From NCBI RefSeq assembly GCF_006345805.1, contig NC_043010.1, positions 32,116,001-32,180,000 on the forward strand: a stretch of 64,000 bases of DNA, read 5' to 3'. The translations under genes and the position numbers were made by a program. Below are positions 63,672 to 64,000 of this stretch, piece after piece; position 1 is the stretch's first letter, and each line of letters starts with the position of its first letter. This DNA comes from Octopus sinensis. Taxonomy: Eukaryota. The notes under the pieces were generated by a model. It was not told the DNA's origin. It did no database searches and saw only the letters and a program-made list of their open reading frames with translations.

Positions 63672-64000
63672 TACATTGCTTCACAATGTCAACTTATTGA
63701 TATTCAAAATGAACAATAACCATATCAGTATCACATGTGTGGAACAGCCATAGTTACTGTCCTTCTTTCCCCTCTGATTCATAGCTAAAATATGTTAAAT
63801 GCTTATTATTATCTTTCTAAAGCATCTTTTCCATGCATCTTTTCAATGCAGAAACAAGTCTTTCACCTATCAATTTCTTACCACCACCACCACCACCACC
63901 ACCACCATCATGGTCATTGTCATCATTTTCATCATCATCATCATTATAAATATCACTGAATTTTCAATAATGATAAATGAATCGGAAATAATAATGTAGT

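Overview
AT-rich, microsatellite-dense eukaryotic DNA. The SINE/LINE repertoire looks like an octopus (coleoid cephalopod) genome, which is my recognition and not a database result. I cannot support any intact host protein-coding gene, rRNA, tRNA gene or CRISPR array; most listed ORFs are translated microsatellites or decayed transposons. The window is a layered transposon graveyard. It holds three tRNA-derived SINE families (A, B, C), many 5'-truncated RTE 3' ends (family D), Dong/R4 LINE pieces sitting in (TAA)n tracts, an RTE-BovB-like LINE, L2/CR1 and Tx1 fragments, and a Gypsy LTR remnant. DNA elements include a mariner, a DD37D(maT)-like element, fold-back MITEs, two non-autonomous Helitron families and a decayed autonomous Helitron with an OTU protease domain. 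The most notable signal is four sequence-unrelated type I hammerhead ribozyme motifs between 54.2 and 61.5 kb. Three have a perfectly palindromic minimal helix III (Penelope-type, dimer-acting), and three sit in short elements embedded in (TA)n microsatellites. A Penelope GIY-YIG remnant lies among them. Coordinates were read by eye; the edges of degenerate elements are approximate.
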